From assembly GCA_001687465.1 (NCBI GenBank), contig LVLI01000214.1, forward strand, positions 62,001 to 126,000: 64,000 nucleotides of DNA. Direction: 5' to 3'. The DNA is from Halocafeteria seosinensis (lineage: Eukaryota). Positions 52,301-64,000 of this stretch are shown here, one piece after another. A model generated the notes under the pieces. It made no database searches and was not told where the DNA came from. It saw only the letters and a program-made list of their open reading frames with translations. Made by a program: the position numbers and the translations under genes. Every line of letters starts with the position of its first letter. Position 1 is the first letter of the stretch.

Positions 52301-53249
52301 GTCTAGTTACTGGCGAAGCGTTTTCTTCTGCTGCACTTCCGGTAAGGAGGATAAATCGAGAATACGTCCGACGACGGACGGAGAGACGGATAGCTCTACC
52401 ATACACTACGCTAAAACCGGGTACGTTAAGAAGATTCTACAACAGCGAATATTGGGAAGGCATGAGACAGGGTTTTGGTGGATGCTGAGTTCCTTAAAAT
52501 TTGGATTCATTAAGTGCTTGGGAGTTGAAGTGTTTGAGTTCCTAAGGAAAACGCTGAAATTTACTCCTCTGCAGTTGTTCCAAGCAGCGCATGCGCCATA
52601 CTACTGCTCAAGCTCTATGACAGCTCTATCGTTACTCAGATTTGACGAGCTTCTCTTTGAAAACAGCAATTCGACGCTAAGTATTCTCAAGCTCTTTCGC
52701 GTTGCTTACGACGCCGAAGCCCGGAGGCCCGAAAACAAAACGTTGCGCGATGCGTTGTGGATGTGCGTAGAAGGAATGCGTCCGGCCGAGAAAAGGCAAT
52801 TTATAAAATTTGTTTGCGGAAGTGACAAGATAGGAGTACCATTCGAGAATCAATTGTCCGTGGTTATTCCTTCTTTGAGTTTTACAAAGGAAGATCATCT
52901 ACAATGCCTTCGACAGTTACCCACGGCTCATACTTGTACAAATACTCTTGAGTTACCGAACTATTTGAACTCCCTGAAGTACTTCCATCCTCATGCGAGT
53001 GAAGAAAGAGTATTTTTGCAACTAAAGAAGACGTTGCGCGATAAACTTATGACAGCAATAGAACACGGCGCCCAACAATATGGACTTGACACTTTGCAAG
53101 GAATGACTGAAAACACAGCGGAAGCTGTAGACAGTGACGATGATGTTCTTAGTCAGCAGCACTCAACCTCAGATGTGAAGAAAGCACGACCAGCGAGCAA
53201 CCCTAATGGAGCTACTGCTTCTGCCGATATTGTGCGTGTTAAATGGTGA
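49365..53249 (+). CDS. HECT-type E3 ubiquitin ligase (apparently intronless)
   Basis: EGEGHGPRREFY, FIKFVCGS and catalytic LPTAHTCTNTLELPNY. First ATG at 49365. Confidence 0.85.
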   Translation: MKRSQTMSSSHAAAASGHLNGDGSRRGLSSSLGRHMEAQFSSFRGSPERKHAGPSFNQIPGVYGSRQSPLMKAGTAHTQAQSFQHIPSHSKDLSNSPPTSSWSAQKQEILRARMTSTHSENGSRALSRDSAGTTRSSSRDQEHKPQGTSADFTPKFDEPHSDGEKEESRTKEDDMDTHTEDIWDGVQEKTQLFQALYRDLSTKLDGGYKYTAQISAHSSTDRQREYVNRLHVTSRIAQLLTQSLREKTALQSVVHGGEFLLNLNYSSKEGASSDSYDKLFASTFDTLSSCGASAFHEFTQWTMRPESRNTSSIQVLLSNKGKLTTTLMDIMLKAFAALNTFYCAYKYLPEKEKYRAFALLARSDLDSNFAMVLLSLTLAASTSIEAIIDKAFDQIVEYIDKLQSEKGGINPIALRPESLDRFKHWIVAGSSGWMMSSRNHVDSKTIMEFSNQNLSQLSTSMEEFFQPACLRVLSGAQLLLNAVSSLTERFDKYWHICSTVDAVSQCPSLNKLLRNIMCVCWMGDNTSFHGDCVTGIEIGVGKGRRKASLNTTGGGGLPKSVRIPMDHQSHPFDSAILLSLGIDQSCKDSIAKEIAAALRLRRNEKEPIHYTSFSLLDGSTRLMMNHGLLCDVIRRVSGDSSEKVLTPLTMSVSRANPLQSATEALKREGILAESLQNVFKALQSTQIAELPTQPDPTATLLHEYLPKKGSARILNPQFLSHFTTGGQTTSSSTNRDEGEGHGPRREFYDLLSDDITSDFGPWCIGPGTLSAAEGRNNAVITFSSTLSEEDLQNCGYTKGMRIRLNSSSGEYKIYDVVSYSLGMKKDRATLKLKEPLEEDVGDIRYEVSSKRDALFVRMEHADIFWFNEHLQFSSARILHFASVGWLLGAILFNRCRIPSKFAIALYHCILDDGFEPTLLDASNFDPQLFDQCKTILNASDQEFKSIVELEEDTVKSLAQFASDNSPNTLSRRKAKHNKRSSYWRSVFFCCTSGKEDKSRIRPTTDGETDSSTIHYAKTGYVKKILQQRILGRHETGFWWMLSSLKFGFIKCLGVEVFEFLRKTLKFTPLQLFQAAHAPYYCSSSMTALSLLRFDELLFENSNSTLSILKLFRVAYDAEARRPENKTLRDALWMCVEGMRPAEKRQFIKFVCGSDKIGVPFENQLSVVIPSLSFTKEDHLQCLRQLPTAHTCTNTLELPNYLNSLKYFHPHASEERVFLQLKKTLRDKLMTAIEHGAQQYGLDTLQGMTENTAEAVDSDDDVLSQQHSTSDVKKARPASNPNGATASADIVRVKW

Positions 53250-53310
53250 TGCCGCACCCTCACTGTGAGCTCGATGTACGTAATATTGACACATGCATGA
53301 GAGAGAATTC

Positions 53311-55540
53311 CTATGATCCTACTTGCACGGAAAGAGCTCCTTCTAGCCGAGCCATCTCTGCCAGGAAGGACTTTGAATTATGAATGGCAGTGGAGCCTAA
53401 CATTATTCTCGGGAAGGCCTGATTCTTCTTTGCTTCAGCATTCATTTCAGCAACTTTCACCGCTTCTTCGTAGGTCGCTCCACCGACGATGAAGACGACG
53501 ACATTCCCAACTTGTGCAGTCGGTGCATCGCTGCCAGCAAAGGGAAAGAGAGCTTTGGAGAGCTTGTTCCGGCGGAGCTGATCAAGCATAGACACTAGAA
53601 GTGGTTCATGCTGTGTAAACACGTTCTCTACGCCTTTTACACCCCTCTTCACGCTGGAGCTTATCTTTGCAAGCATAGACTTGTTTCCGAAAAGGTCGCC
53701 ACCGCGTGTGGCAACACCACCGTACTGGAGTACCGCATGGATCAGGTTGACATCGCTATGGCCAAGGCCCTTGTACTGCAGCAGTCTCCGTCTCAGTTCA
53801 TCGATTTTTCCGGAAGCACTAGTTTCATAGCGCAAGGCAAATAGGATGACCACCCTCAGAGCGTCATATTGACTCACTTTAGGGTTGTCAATGAGATCAC
53901 AAGCCATGCGATAGTGTTCACTAGGACTGTCAGAACATGCAATGGACTGCTCGGCTTCAGAGACATCGAACAAATCTCCTTCTTCTACCCTTCGGGTTAA
54001 TTCACTCATCAAAGTAACATGTTTTCCCACTTTATGATCCTTTTTCCGTAGTTCAGGGTAATTATCGACGAAATTTTGGATGTCCTCTGCGTATCGTAAC
54101 AGGCTTGCCTCGTACCAAAACCGATCCACTCTTGGATAAGTGATAATAATAAACACGTACCAATGCTTTGTACATTAGCATGCTTGCTCTTGGTTGTTTG
54201 ATAGTCGTCAAGTAACGACTTCACAGCTGCACCTAAATCGCCATAATTGCTGTACATATGCTCCCTGTAGAAATCATCCTGGTCTACAGAAAGAGAAATT
54301 TCCCTGTATCGGATTGCATATGTTGTAAAACAAAAATGAACGAATAGACGAAGGATCAACTACCTACTTCATATCTTTTCGATCCAGCTTAGCATCACTC
54401 AAATCAACCCGGTTGTTATCAATGCCGATCAGTTCGTGAAGCATCGCTTGATACGTCCATTGGCTCAAAAGTGGCGTGACAGGGTCATCTTTTCTATCCA
54501 AAATCAAAAGGATGGATGGCTTTTCCGGCCGCTTAAATCCAAAAAGCTCTTTCTCTGTCCCCATGAGCCTATCAACTTCTCTGGCAACAGCTTGTGCCAG
54601 GTGAGACGTGCCCTGATACCGGATATAAGGCCGCATCTTCAATGACAATAAGCTGCTAATCAGCCCTTGGCACGTTCGCTCAAACGTTACTTCCTCTCCT
54701 TTACCCCTGCTCCAAGGAACCCAAGTAAGCAAGTAATGAAGCAATGGAGGCGTAAGTATCCCCGTTACAAACGTACCATCGATCTTTAGGCCTGGCTAGT
54801 GATAGACTACCGCTCAAGTTGAGAGTCCACAGATCAGCGTTCACCGCATAGTAGTCGGCATAGAATTCTTGGACCTGCAAGCAAGACAACATCCCTCTTG
54901 AACTAGACCCCCAAAATTTGTCAGATTAAAGAGATATTTGGACTTACTTGCTGCACGACGCTGTAGATGTCCGCTTCAGCGAGTTGGCGTAGGAAATCTT
55001 GGGACACAATGTTTGAGAAGACTGGACACAGGGGAGCATCGTATTTCGATTCTCATTCAAATGCGCCGTTTTCGTTGACACATTAAGGAGATATACGTAC
55101 AAATGTGATACTCAGCGAATTTGGGCGCTGTCAGCTCATTCTTCAAAACCCGCAGGTTTTCTTTAATGGGCCGAATAAAGACAATTGCCTGCATACACAG
55201 ACCTCATTCACACTAGATACGAGGCAGGAATAAACAAGGATGATATCCGTACCTTGAGATGCTGTGAGGCCTCTCTCTCGGCGTCTAAATTGCCCACATG
55301 ATACACCTCTTTCTCCAGCAATTCATGCATTGCATACACCATACCCACGATATTTTTGGTTTCCTTGTCCAAGAGTATGGACTTCATGCCCGTAATCTCT
55401 TTGGCCTTATCCTTGGGCTTCAGCATCTTGTCGAAATACTGGCGAATGGCACGCAAAGCATTCATAGCATGCACAGGAGGACTCTGGGAGTGCTCCCCTT
55501 CCAAGGGGCCTGCAGTCCCAGGGTTCGAGGATGACGCCAT
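53311..55540 (-). CDS. VPS45: Sec1/Munc18 protein Vps45
   Basis: GMKSILLDKET, VQEFYADY, LLILDRKDDPVTPLLSQWTYQAMLHELIGI, GVENVFTQHEP and VFIVGGATYEE. Multiple introns. Confidence 0.94.
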
Positions 55541-55941
55541 GACAGCCTCTTTTTGAGGTAGAGGAAGAAAAAAAATTTGTCGACGCGTTCGCTCTACTTT
55601 AATTGAATTGAGCAATAGATTATCAACAATCCCAAACAAAATCGAGTGACCAAAATGGAGGTGGAAGTTTGTACTGTAAATAGTGCTGATCATGTAAATT
55701 CCAAGTAGTCAACGAACGCTTCAGTGCTTTAGCTTATATGCCTCCGGGTATGAACAGCCTCGACAAACATGGTTTGCTGTGAGAGCGCAGAAAGTTGACT
55801 GCCACAACAAATTCTGGGTAGTTGGCAAGGAATATTGGGGTCTAACTAAATCCCAGACGTTGCAACCCCCAAGAAGCTTCTGTATGTGTGCCACTATTAA
55901 ACAAGAGTCTTTTCCGTACAACATAGAGAATCCTTTGAATG

Positions 55942-58900
55942 CTATATGGCGCCGCTGTCCGCACTGTGCGACAAGTCCTTTGCCGGCACTCCTAGAGGTA
56001 CATGCTTGGATGGTCCGATAACAGAACGGCATGCTTTCATAATTCCAAGATGGATACTTCTTTCGAAATCGAAAGGAAGAGACACTAGAATAATAAACGT
56101 TTCCCATCGATGTACCAACATACACAAAAACTGAACCGCTAGTACAATCCCGCAAAATCCCAAGAAGACAAGACCAGCCGTATTCGAGTGGAATACAAAT
56201 AACTGCGGGGACAAAGACATAGCAACTACAAACACAGGCCAGAACAAATTCATCAGTAATATAATTCGGCATATGAAGGATCGTAAGCTGTCAAGCTCTT
56301 GCTGCAGTTTAAGTTCCCGCGCTTCCTCCGTTTGAGAGGGTCTCGCAACCGCTTCTTGAAAATTTCGCTTCATTTCCTGGCTCCTCGAGAAGCCTTGTCT
56401 TCCCGCATTGCGATACACATCATCGAGTTCTTTCTTGACAACATAGTCCCTTATGTTATTGCCGTATTTTTTCAGCTTATTGAGTGTCTCCGCGCGACGA
56501 GAAGCCAGATTCGCAAGAAGAGGATGATACGTATCACAGAAGAGGAGTACCTTTTGCATCCCATCCAAACGCTTCCAACGCGAGAGCCAGAGGGAAATAG
56601 TGCTTAAGCGGATTTCTTCAGGTAAAATAATGGCGCAATAGGCGTCTTTGTTGCTTGCTACACCCATACAAGATGAGCCAGGGGAGATTGTTGGGTCATG
56701 AGAAATCACTGATTCCCGCTCGGCCAAGCCTTTCAAGTGCGAGTGAATCTCATCGAGTGTCTTGGTGCCTGACAGGTAAACCGGTACCTCAAAGAACAGT
56801 TGAAGTGACTTCGCTAACACCAGAGTTCGTTTTTCTGGAGTTGGCTTATAGCTTGCTTCTCTTTGTGTAAGGGAAGCGTCGGTTGCGATGGGATCCTCTG
56901 CAATTAAGTTGGCATAGTGCGAGTCCTCGTTCGGGGCTGCTCCTTCGTTTCTAGTTCCCCAACTCATTACGTTCATATTTGCTGCAACAATGCAGCAGGA
57001 GAGACATGCGAATACATGAACACCAAAACAAGCATTTACGGCTTGGAAAATACTTACCGAAGGCATACATATACAGTATCAAGTAAGCCATCGGAATGAA
57101 CAGGAAATAGACCACACCATAATGGGCCCCCGGCAAGTCTCGCGGATGGAGAATCATCGTAGAGATGAAGAGAGCCACGAGGGATAGAAAGAACAAATTA
57201 TCTGCCTCAAGAAAATGGTTGAAAGCATTAATCAATAACCCAATCAAAACCAGAATGAGAAGGAACGCGTATCCAATGCTCAAAATGTAAGCCAGGTTAA
57301 TCTGTTGCTTGCGGAAGTCTTGAGACATTTCTTTCCTTAGCTGCTCAGCGGATTTACTGTTCTCAAGCAACGGTTGACTATTTATGCTCATATCTGTCGA
57401 CCGTAAGTTTCGGCAACATCTCTCGAAAGGAGACTTATGATTTCTTCTGTATTCCTGCCATAGGATCAAAAGTACGAAAACTAAAGGAAGCAAAACGGAA
57501 ATCAAGAAGCCAAACCCAGCTCCTCCTGGGGCAGCCAACTCTATGCCCCCAGCAACGAGGAGAATTATAGTCGCGGGCGTCAAAAGACCTAATGAGAACA
57601 TCACGAAGATGTATATCCTATACATGAGTGGTAAACCGGATCTGCCGTGCTTCTTGGCCACCTTAGCACCGATACGAATCAGATCGTACAAGTTAGCCAT
57701 CGTAGACGCCAACCAGCGCCGTCTTTGGTCGAAGAAGGTGCTGAAATCTTCCGGGGCAAATGTATAGGCAACTGCAGCGGCGCAATAGGTCATTCTCCAA
57801 CCATGCTCAATCAATAGAGTGCACATCCACCTATCTTCGCCCTGATCTTTCCGCAAGTATTCTTGGCCGTTCTTGCTGGGTTGAGAGTACGTATGGAGGA
57901 TCTCGTTTAGTCTACTCATACGCCAAATGCTAAAGCACCCTGGGCAACACTGAACCGTTCCAAGCACGTGTTCTGCAGTTTTTTGAAACCAATGGCCGGA
58001 AGCATACTCGAACTGTTGGTACCATGCCATCATTCCCGAACCGAGGGGACGAATCCTTCCGCAAGCTCCCGCAGATTCCTCATCGCGCACCTGTATCACA
58101 CATAATGAGACACGCACATGTTGTGGACATTACCAAGTTTGCAAACGAACTTCCACTCTAGCCTCACCAAAGAATCTACTAAGGCATCGACATCCTTAAA
58201 TTCGAAAGAGGTATCTCCGTCGGTAGTCAACAGAAGTGTACGCTTCATTGACGCTACATGTTTAATTCTTTTTTTAGCGGCAGCTTCTCTTTTCCTCTTC
58301 TCTATTTCTCCCAAAATAAAATTCATATAGAGCACTTGATTGTTCCGTTTGCCGTTGGTGGATAGCATAGGGTCCTGAAACCTATACTTTAAGCTGAGCC
58401 ACATTGACTATGGGACTAGCACAATGCAACGTACCTTTAGATGTATATACAGATAAAACTCGATATTGAAATACTCCAGTAGCTTTTTGAAAACAGACAT
58501 CTTCTCTTCTGGTAGCTCTGAATCTTCAGCGAGGTCCAAATAGTTGCAGTAGTCTCGGTGTAATGTTTGCCTAATTTGTACTTGGGCTTCAGGAGGAATA
58601 AGATCGATCTTTAAGATGACACCGTACTCAGTTGCAGCCTGGTTTTCAAAAAGGCTATCTCCAAGCCATGGAAACGAAATCGATGAAGCAAGGTCCTCTT
58701 CTATCAGTTGTAGTAAAGTTGATGTGTACGCATTCGGCCTCCTAAAATCCGAGAACTTATCGACGACGCACTTCCTACTGTTTTCGTTGAAATCTCTTGG
58801 GCGCTCAAATGCTGAGTCTACCACAATATGGGCTTCAAATGTATCACGGGAATATACACCGGTAGGAGATATAAAGCAACTGTAAGAAAATGACAGTTAC

Positions 58901-61418
58901 CACAGTTTGAACAATATTCCAAACGTACAAGACCACACTTACCACTTAGCCGTTTGTACCACGCTTGAAACGATATTACCGAGAGAGGCAACCCATTGTT
59001 TCATTTCTTTTTTGTTTTCATGCCACATACAGGTTGCTAGGACAATGTGATGTTGCTCCCTTTTTTCCGTCAAAATTGGGGCTGGAGACTCAAGCTCTTG
59101 AGACATCTGCATCGATTTGGGGAATGTCTCACATTCATAGGGTGAAATACAATGGAGTCAATGTATTTTGTACCTGTAAAATGAGATCCTGCGTGTCGTC
59201 AAAGGTACCGGACAGGGATGTACTCCCAGACTTAGTGCTTTCGGTCCAAGCTACACTTGCGCTATCAGTCCCAACGCCAACACTTCCACAGTTTGGAACA
59301 GACTTCACTACCGCTTTCCCAGCCATACCGGCTCGTCGATGATGTGGAGCCTTTTCTCCCCTGTTCATTAGTAAGAATTGATCAAGCACAGCGGTCTGGA
59401 ATAATGGCATGTACCACACGGTATTCTCGGAGCTAAGAGAAACGTCCATTTCATACCACATGTGCCGGCAGTTCCAACTCTGCAATGTCGCTTCAAGGGA
59501 TGGCAAAGTCTTCGCTAACTTAAATTCAATAACTTACTTGTGCGAGGAAACCGAGTATAATCAGTGGGAAAAATAGCTCACCATGACTATCTATTTCTGA
59601 ACTCACGTTCCCCCACACAAACGGTGGTGGCAATCGGTCAGAGAAACAGGTAGCAATCACAAAAAATGCCGGCCAAAACCCTGTAAGTGGAAACGCCAAA
59701 CCAAGAAGGTTCATCCTCATACTGCAAACAAGCCGCGCCAAGACCACCGCCAGAATGGAGCTCGCCGCATGAGATAATGCAAGATGCAGGTACTCGTTAG
59801 TTAATACTGAGTCGTACGTCCACAGGAAGGCATAACCGTCATTCGAGCATTTTGCAACTTCTGGCGAAACGCCAACATCCCACTTTAACATAGACATTCC
59901 AAAACATGCCATGAATAAGGCTTCAACAAGAAGGCGTAAGCAGGCATACTTTAACCGCTGTGACGGTTCATCGTTGAATATAGTCGGAGCGTTGGCGGCA
60001 CTGCGATCATCGTTGAGCCTAGTTCTCAGAATCGTGAGGCCACCAAACAAAGTAAAAGGAATAGCTAGACCCCGCAGGCTCGAAATGCCACTTTTGGATT
60101 CCACAGCCAAAGAAACTATAACGACGACCTGCAGCGCGAAAGACAGTAGATCGCCTATAGCTCGTGCTTTCCGCATTTTTGTTCGAAACCTTTTATTGCT
60201 ATCAGAAAGAAAGGCACGGTGAAGAAACGCCAGTCCACTCCACAGTACAGGAACTGTCATCATCTGAGATGAGGTCCACAACCAGTTTTGGGAGGGGAGA
60301 ATGGAAAACACCAGGAATGCTGTGCCGCCAGCCGAGAGAACAGCATCAATAAATACCTGCATGGCATCAAAATCACACCATTAATTCCACACGCTGAGAT
60401 GCTAGGTATATGGCGAAATTTTCAATAAAACACAACTCACCCCTGCCGCTAGCCAGAAATAGTCCTTGATCTTCGAAGTCTCCTTGTTTCTTTGAAACGC
60501 CTCAGGGATGCTATCCAAGGTTTCAATATACGAAATAGTGGACATTCTGGTTGAGGCGGTACTACTCGTTTCCCCGTCATCACCAGAGGGTGAAACACTC
60601 GAAGTGGCGCTCACGATAGAAGCAGCAGATCCTGAGGGATCTCCCAGAGGAGATCTTCTTTCTCGCTTCTGAGAATACGGCTGGTTTACTGAGAGAGGAT
60701 AGTTCTGTTCACTTTGATCAGTCACTCTTCGACGAGATTCTACACGGCCAATTCCTCTTCCTGATGCTCGGATCTCACCCGTGCGGCGGTACGCATATTG
60801 ACTCCGGATAGATTTCCTGAGCTTATCTTTTTCACTCGCCTGCCGAGGAAGGTCATACCTTTGAGTCCGGGCAAAAGAAAGGAAAGTGAAAAGCAGTTGC
60901 ACAAGGACTGGCGCAAAGATAGCCCAAAAGCTGGCGAAGCGGATTTTGCAGCTATGGCTGTCTTGCTCTTTGGCATCCAAGTGTCCTAGTCGGTGGTAGG
61001 ACTCCCCAAGAGCGAAGAGGGACAGCTTCGACGCAACCAGCGATGCAACCATCAGGGGACATGCTATGAGCAGCAGGATGCCGCGAGCATACGCTGGACA
61101 GCGGTCGTTCACCAGCCTTGCGTACTGGCTATCCTTGGCATCTGTGTCCTCCTCCGAGTCCTCGTCTTGGTACCCATATCCGTGTAAGAAAGGTTCATCG
61201 GCCTTGGCCTCCTCCTCAGCAATGTGTATCCGATCATCATCAAAATCGAGATCGAACTCCCCAGAACGCGTCGAGAACCTCTTTAGTAGCGTCAACCTAT
61301 CCACAGAGTTGTCGAGGTTCTCCATGTCGACTCCGCTTCTGGAGCCATGTGATGATGAGGAAGACGACGAGCCTCCTTCATAATCGTGTGAAAACTCATA
61401 TGCATCTCTATCACTCAT
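55942..61418 (-). CDS. CHS: Chitin synthase, metazoan/choanoflagellate-type architecture
   Basis: N-terminal TM block; spliced ATCMWHE, FEAHIVVDSAF, TDGD, QQFEYASGHWFQKTAEHVLG, CCPGCFS, GEDRW, QRRRW and SWGTR; then a coiled coil and C-terminal TMs (MLVHRWETF). About seven introns. Confidence 0.93.
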
Positions 61419-62040
61419 TACTTTATTCCCAGTAAAGGGATATTCCACCTAGATCTCAGGCTCAGACCTGGAATCTCCGTGGAATCTCCAGTTTCAAGTC
61501 TTCAAGCGTGTAATTTATCGAGTCCGGAGGAGCATTAAGGGGTCAGTATTGCGTTCATGTGTCGCTCCAAGTCTTTGCCTGGGGAGCTACTCTGTTATCG
61601 TGGCCGGAAACGTGAAAAACTGATCGAAAACCGCGTGGTTGTGTCCGTATTCACCTGGAATTATCCAAGCCGTCCCGCACATGCGCTTTTTTTCTTGGAA
61701 ACCCACAGGACGATAATTACTACGCTACAGCGAGAACTTAAGACGGTGCAATGATCGTAATGCTCTTCACTGAACAAGAAACACGTACAATACAATGGGG
61801 ACGTAGAACAATGCCAAGTGATCCGCCCGGTGTCAGCGCGCCGAGACACAACGGTGCACGTCACCGTCTACATGGTGTCAGATGAAGATGCTGAGACAGA
61901 GATTAAGCCACCGTTTGCAACGCATTCTGTCTGATGAGTATCGGATAGCTCTGAGACTCAGCAGGCGCTGATGGAAACAGGAGCACGCCCGATGCTTTAA
62001 GATACTAGAGAAGAAAGTTCAGTTTTGTACATTAGTTGTG

Positions 62041-64000
62041 CTATGATAGTCTATGAATCTCTTCGGAGAACGTCTCTTCAAGGAAGTGAGGGTCTGTAAG
62101 TGCGTCGACCAAAGCTTCATACTGTTTTCGGTCGGAAAAGTGTTCTAGCTGCTCAAGCTGGAATTGAATGCTTGCGGATTTTTGTGACTCGATCGATTGC
62201 AACACATTATCAGCAATATCAGGGCTCTCAAATTCAAGCGATACTTTGTATTCCGACTGACCCATTGGTAGGATTCTTTGCTCCAATTCCGAAGCTCTTC
62301 GCCCAACTCGAGAGAACAATTTGTTCGAGGGTTCGTAGAAGTCCCATATGAGAGTAGTCAAACGTAGCGTGCAGCCTTCTCGGGATGGCTTCCGTAGGTA
62401 CTGAAAAGGAATGCTATCAATAACCGTGAATTCTTCAATCGAATTCCACTCTGCAAAGTCCAGGGAATATTCCCTCAGAGCAACACCGAAAGAAAAACTG
62501 GGTTGTTGACTAGGAACGCAGCATACAAAAAATGTAGCATCAGCGGGAACGACGCTCCCTAAATCAGTTGCTAAGAACGAGGAGTTTTTCGGAGGTAAGA
62601 ATAATCTTTCTGGCATATCCCATCTCTGTAGTACCTCGTTTTCACCCACCGAGTCATGGATGACTGAATCAGAGTATTCATGCAAGCCCGCCAGCTTGAG
62701 AAGCAAATTCCTGACGAGATACAGACGTTGAATACAAACCCAAAACAAGTGAATCTTGTTAAGAGGGTGGATATTTTGTTGTTCGCCAAATTGAGGAACG
62801 GCGTTACTGGCGGCCTGTCTCAAAACTGCTACCGCGGTAATTTCGGCTGCAGCTTCCGAAATTTGAGTGTCCGTCAAGGACAGTTGTGATATAGTGCCCT
62901 CATGATCAACTCTTATTGGTTTATACTGACTGTAAGGTGTACACTTATCTAATTCCTCTATCTCGGGAGAAAAGGCAGACGATAGCAGGGAGTTAGTTTC
63001 CTCCTGAATGTGATAGCCATTTGCGCTATATGATGTTGCTTCTCCAGGCACTGTTGGTGAATCTTCCCCATATATTTCTGAGGTTAGCTCTGCGGCTTCA
63101 CTAATAGCTCCTTTAGCGTCGCGATGTGCCTGCTCCGCGGAGTAGGGTGAGCCAACGAACCCGAGAGAACTTCCGTCCACTTTGGCAGCTAAAGGCTCAC
63201 GTGACACGTTAATTGATGCTTGAGCTGAAGGTTCGTTTCTCGTTGAAAACGAAACGGCATCGAAGACGTTAACTATGTTGACGCAGCCTCCAATGCCACT
63301 ATCCTCTGAGAATTCAACAGACCTCTGAATTAGTGCGCATACACTACTGATAGTGTTCCGGAGCTCGCTATTCACTTGTGCTGGGAGAATCGACTGCAGA
63401 TGCAAACTGTTAGCTCCTTGAAGGCACGGCTCCTGAGACCTGTGAGGCGTTCCATTCTGCCGGACACTCCTATCTGTATATGCTAGTTTTTCGCCGATGA
63501 CGTCTACAGCAAGAGGTAAACAAACGTGATACAATATTGAAACATTAAGACGGAGTAAAGTCATTGGTATTAACCCATGGGTATAACGGTCCCACAAAAA
63601 CGCTCGGTCCGTAGCACTTGTAGAAAGACCGCGGCGATCACCGTAACAGAATTGGTGAACAGTCTCTAATTGCGTAGAATCAGCGCAAATGCAATTAACT
63701 AGACGTTTTAAAACGTCGTCACGACTCTTTGCTTCCTCAGTCAGATGATCTGAAAAAATAGAATCATCGTCATTCGGTACGCCTAAATCCGACCGTTCTC
63801 CATGCCCACGGAAACCGTTCCTCTGGAACGAGTTATGCGAAGTGTAGTTATCATGGGACTTCAGTCGTCCACGGCGTTCGTCCTTACTAGCTAGCAAATT
63901 GGAAAACTCAGAAGGTGACGGAAACGAGCGACTCTTTGTACTGTGTGGAGACACCAAGGCTCCCACTAACCAGTCGGCCTCCGTAGGGAGCTGATGGCCC
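62041..64000 (-). CDS. 3' part of a large gene running off the window; possibly CLEC16A/TT9/GOP-1-like
   Basis: Open frame to the window edge. The C-terminal pattern (CIQRLYLVRNLLLKL...FVCCV...VSLEFES...FQLEQL) resembles the CLEC16A C-terminal region by eye only. Confidence 0.5.
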   Translation of the reverse strand, partial: GHQLPTEADWLVGALVSPHSTKSRSFPSPSEFSNLLASKDERRGRLKSHDNYTSHNSFQRNGFRGHGERSDLGVPNDDDSIFSDHLTEEAKSRDDVLKRLVNCICADSTQLETVHQFCYGDRRGLSTSATDRAFLWDRYTHGLIPMTLLRLNVSILYHVCLPLAVDVIGEKLAYTDRSVRQNGTPHRSQEPCLQGANSLHLQSILPAQVNSELRNTISSVCALIQRSVEFSEDSGIGGCVNIVNVFDAVSFSTRNEPSAQASINVSREPLAAKVDGSSLGFVGSPYSAEQAHRDAKGAISEAAELTSEIYGEDSPTVPGEATSYSANGYHIQEETNSLLSSAFSPEIEELDKCTPYSQYKPIRVDHEGTISQLSLTDTQISEAAAEITAVAVLRQAASNAVPQFGEQQNIHPLNKIHLFWVCIQRLYLVRNLLLKLAGLHEYSDSVIHDSVGENEVLQRWDMPERLFLPPKNSSFLATDLGSVVPADATFFVCCVPSQQPSFSFGVALREYSLDFAEWNSIEEFTVIDSIPFQYLRKPSREGCTLRLTTLIWDFYEPSNKLFSRVGRRASELEQRILPMGQSEYKVSLEFESPDIADNVLQSIESQKSASIQFQLEQLEHFSDRKQYEALVDALTDPHFLEETFSEEIHRLS

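Overview
Gene-dense window of a compact eukaryotic nuclear genome, from a flagellated non-metazoan protist by inference (axonemal genes, an RWP-RK factor and a hybrid histidine kinase). It uses the standard genetic code and short GT-AG introns, mostly about 58-95 nt. I reconstructed about 19 protein genes by hand: P2C (Na/K-like) ATPase, SRSF1-like SR protein, a large coiled-coil protein, EFCAB2/DRC8, Misato, a CFAP161-calcyphosin fusion, mitochondrial EF-Ts, SHMT, fibrocystin-L-like, a GT7 glycosyltransferase, a hybrid histidine kinase, METTL5, DCAF13/Sof1, an RWP-RK factor, pelota, a HECT E3 ligase, Vps45, a metazoan-type chitin synthase and a partial CLEC16A-like gene. I could not support any rRNA, tRNA, CRISPR array or transposon. 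The most notable observations are: (1) a single in-frame TGA at a conserved Trp of the otherwise intact ATPase, in the TGA-CTA readthrough context; (2) a GGA-rich poison-exon candidate in the SR gene; (3) an animal-type chitin synthase in a non-animal host; (4) a spliced 43-codon uORF just before the RWP-RK gene; (5) the CFAP161-calcyphosin fusion. All family calls come from motif recognition, with no database search.
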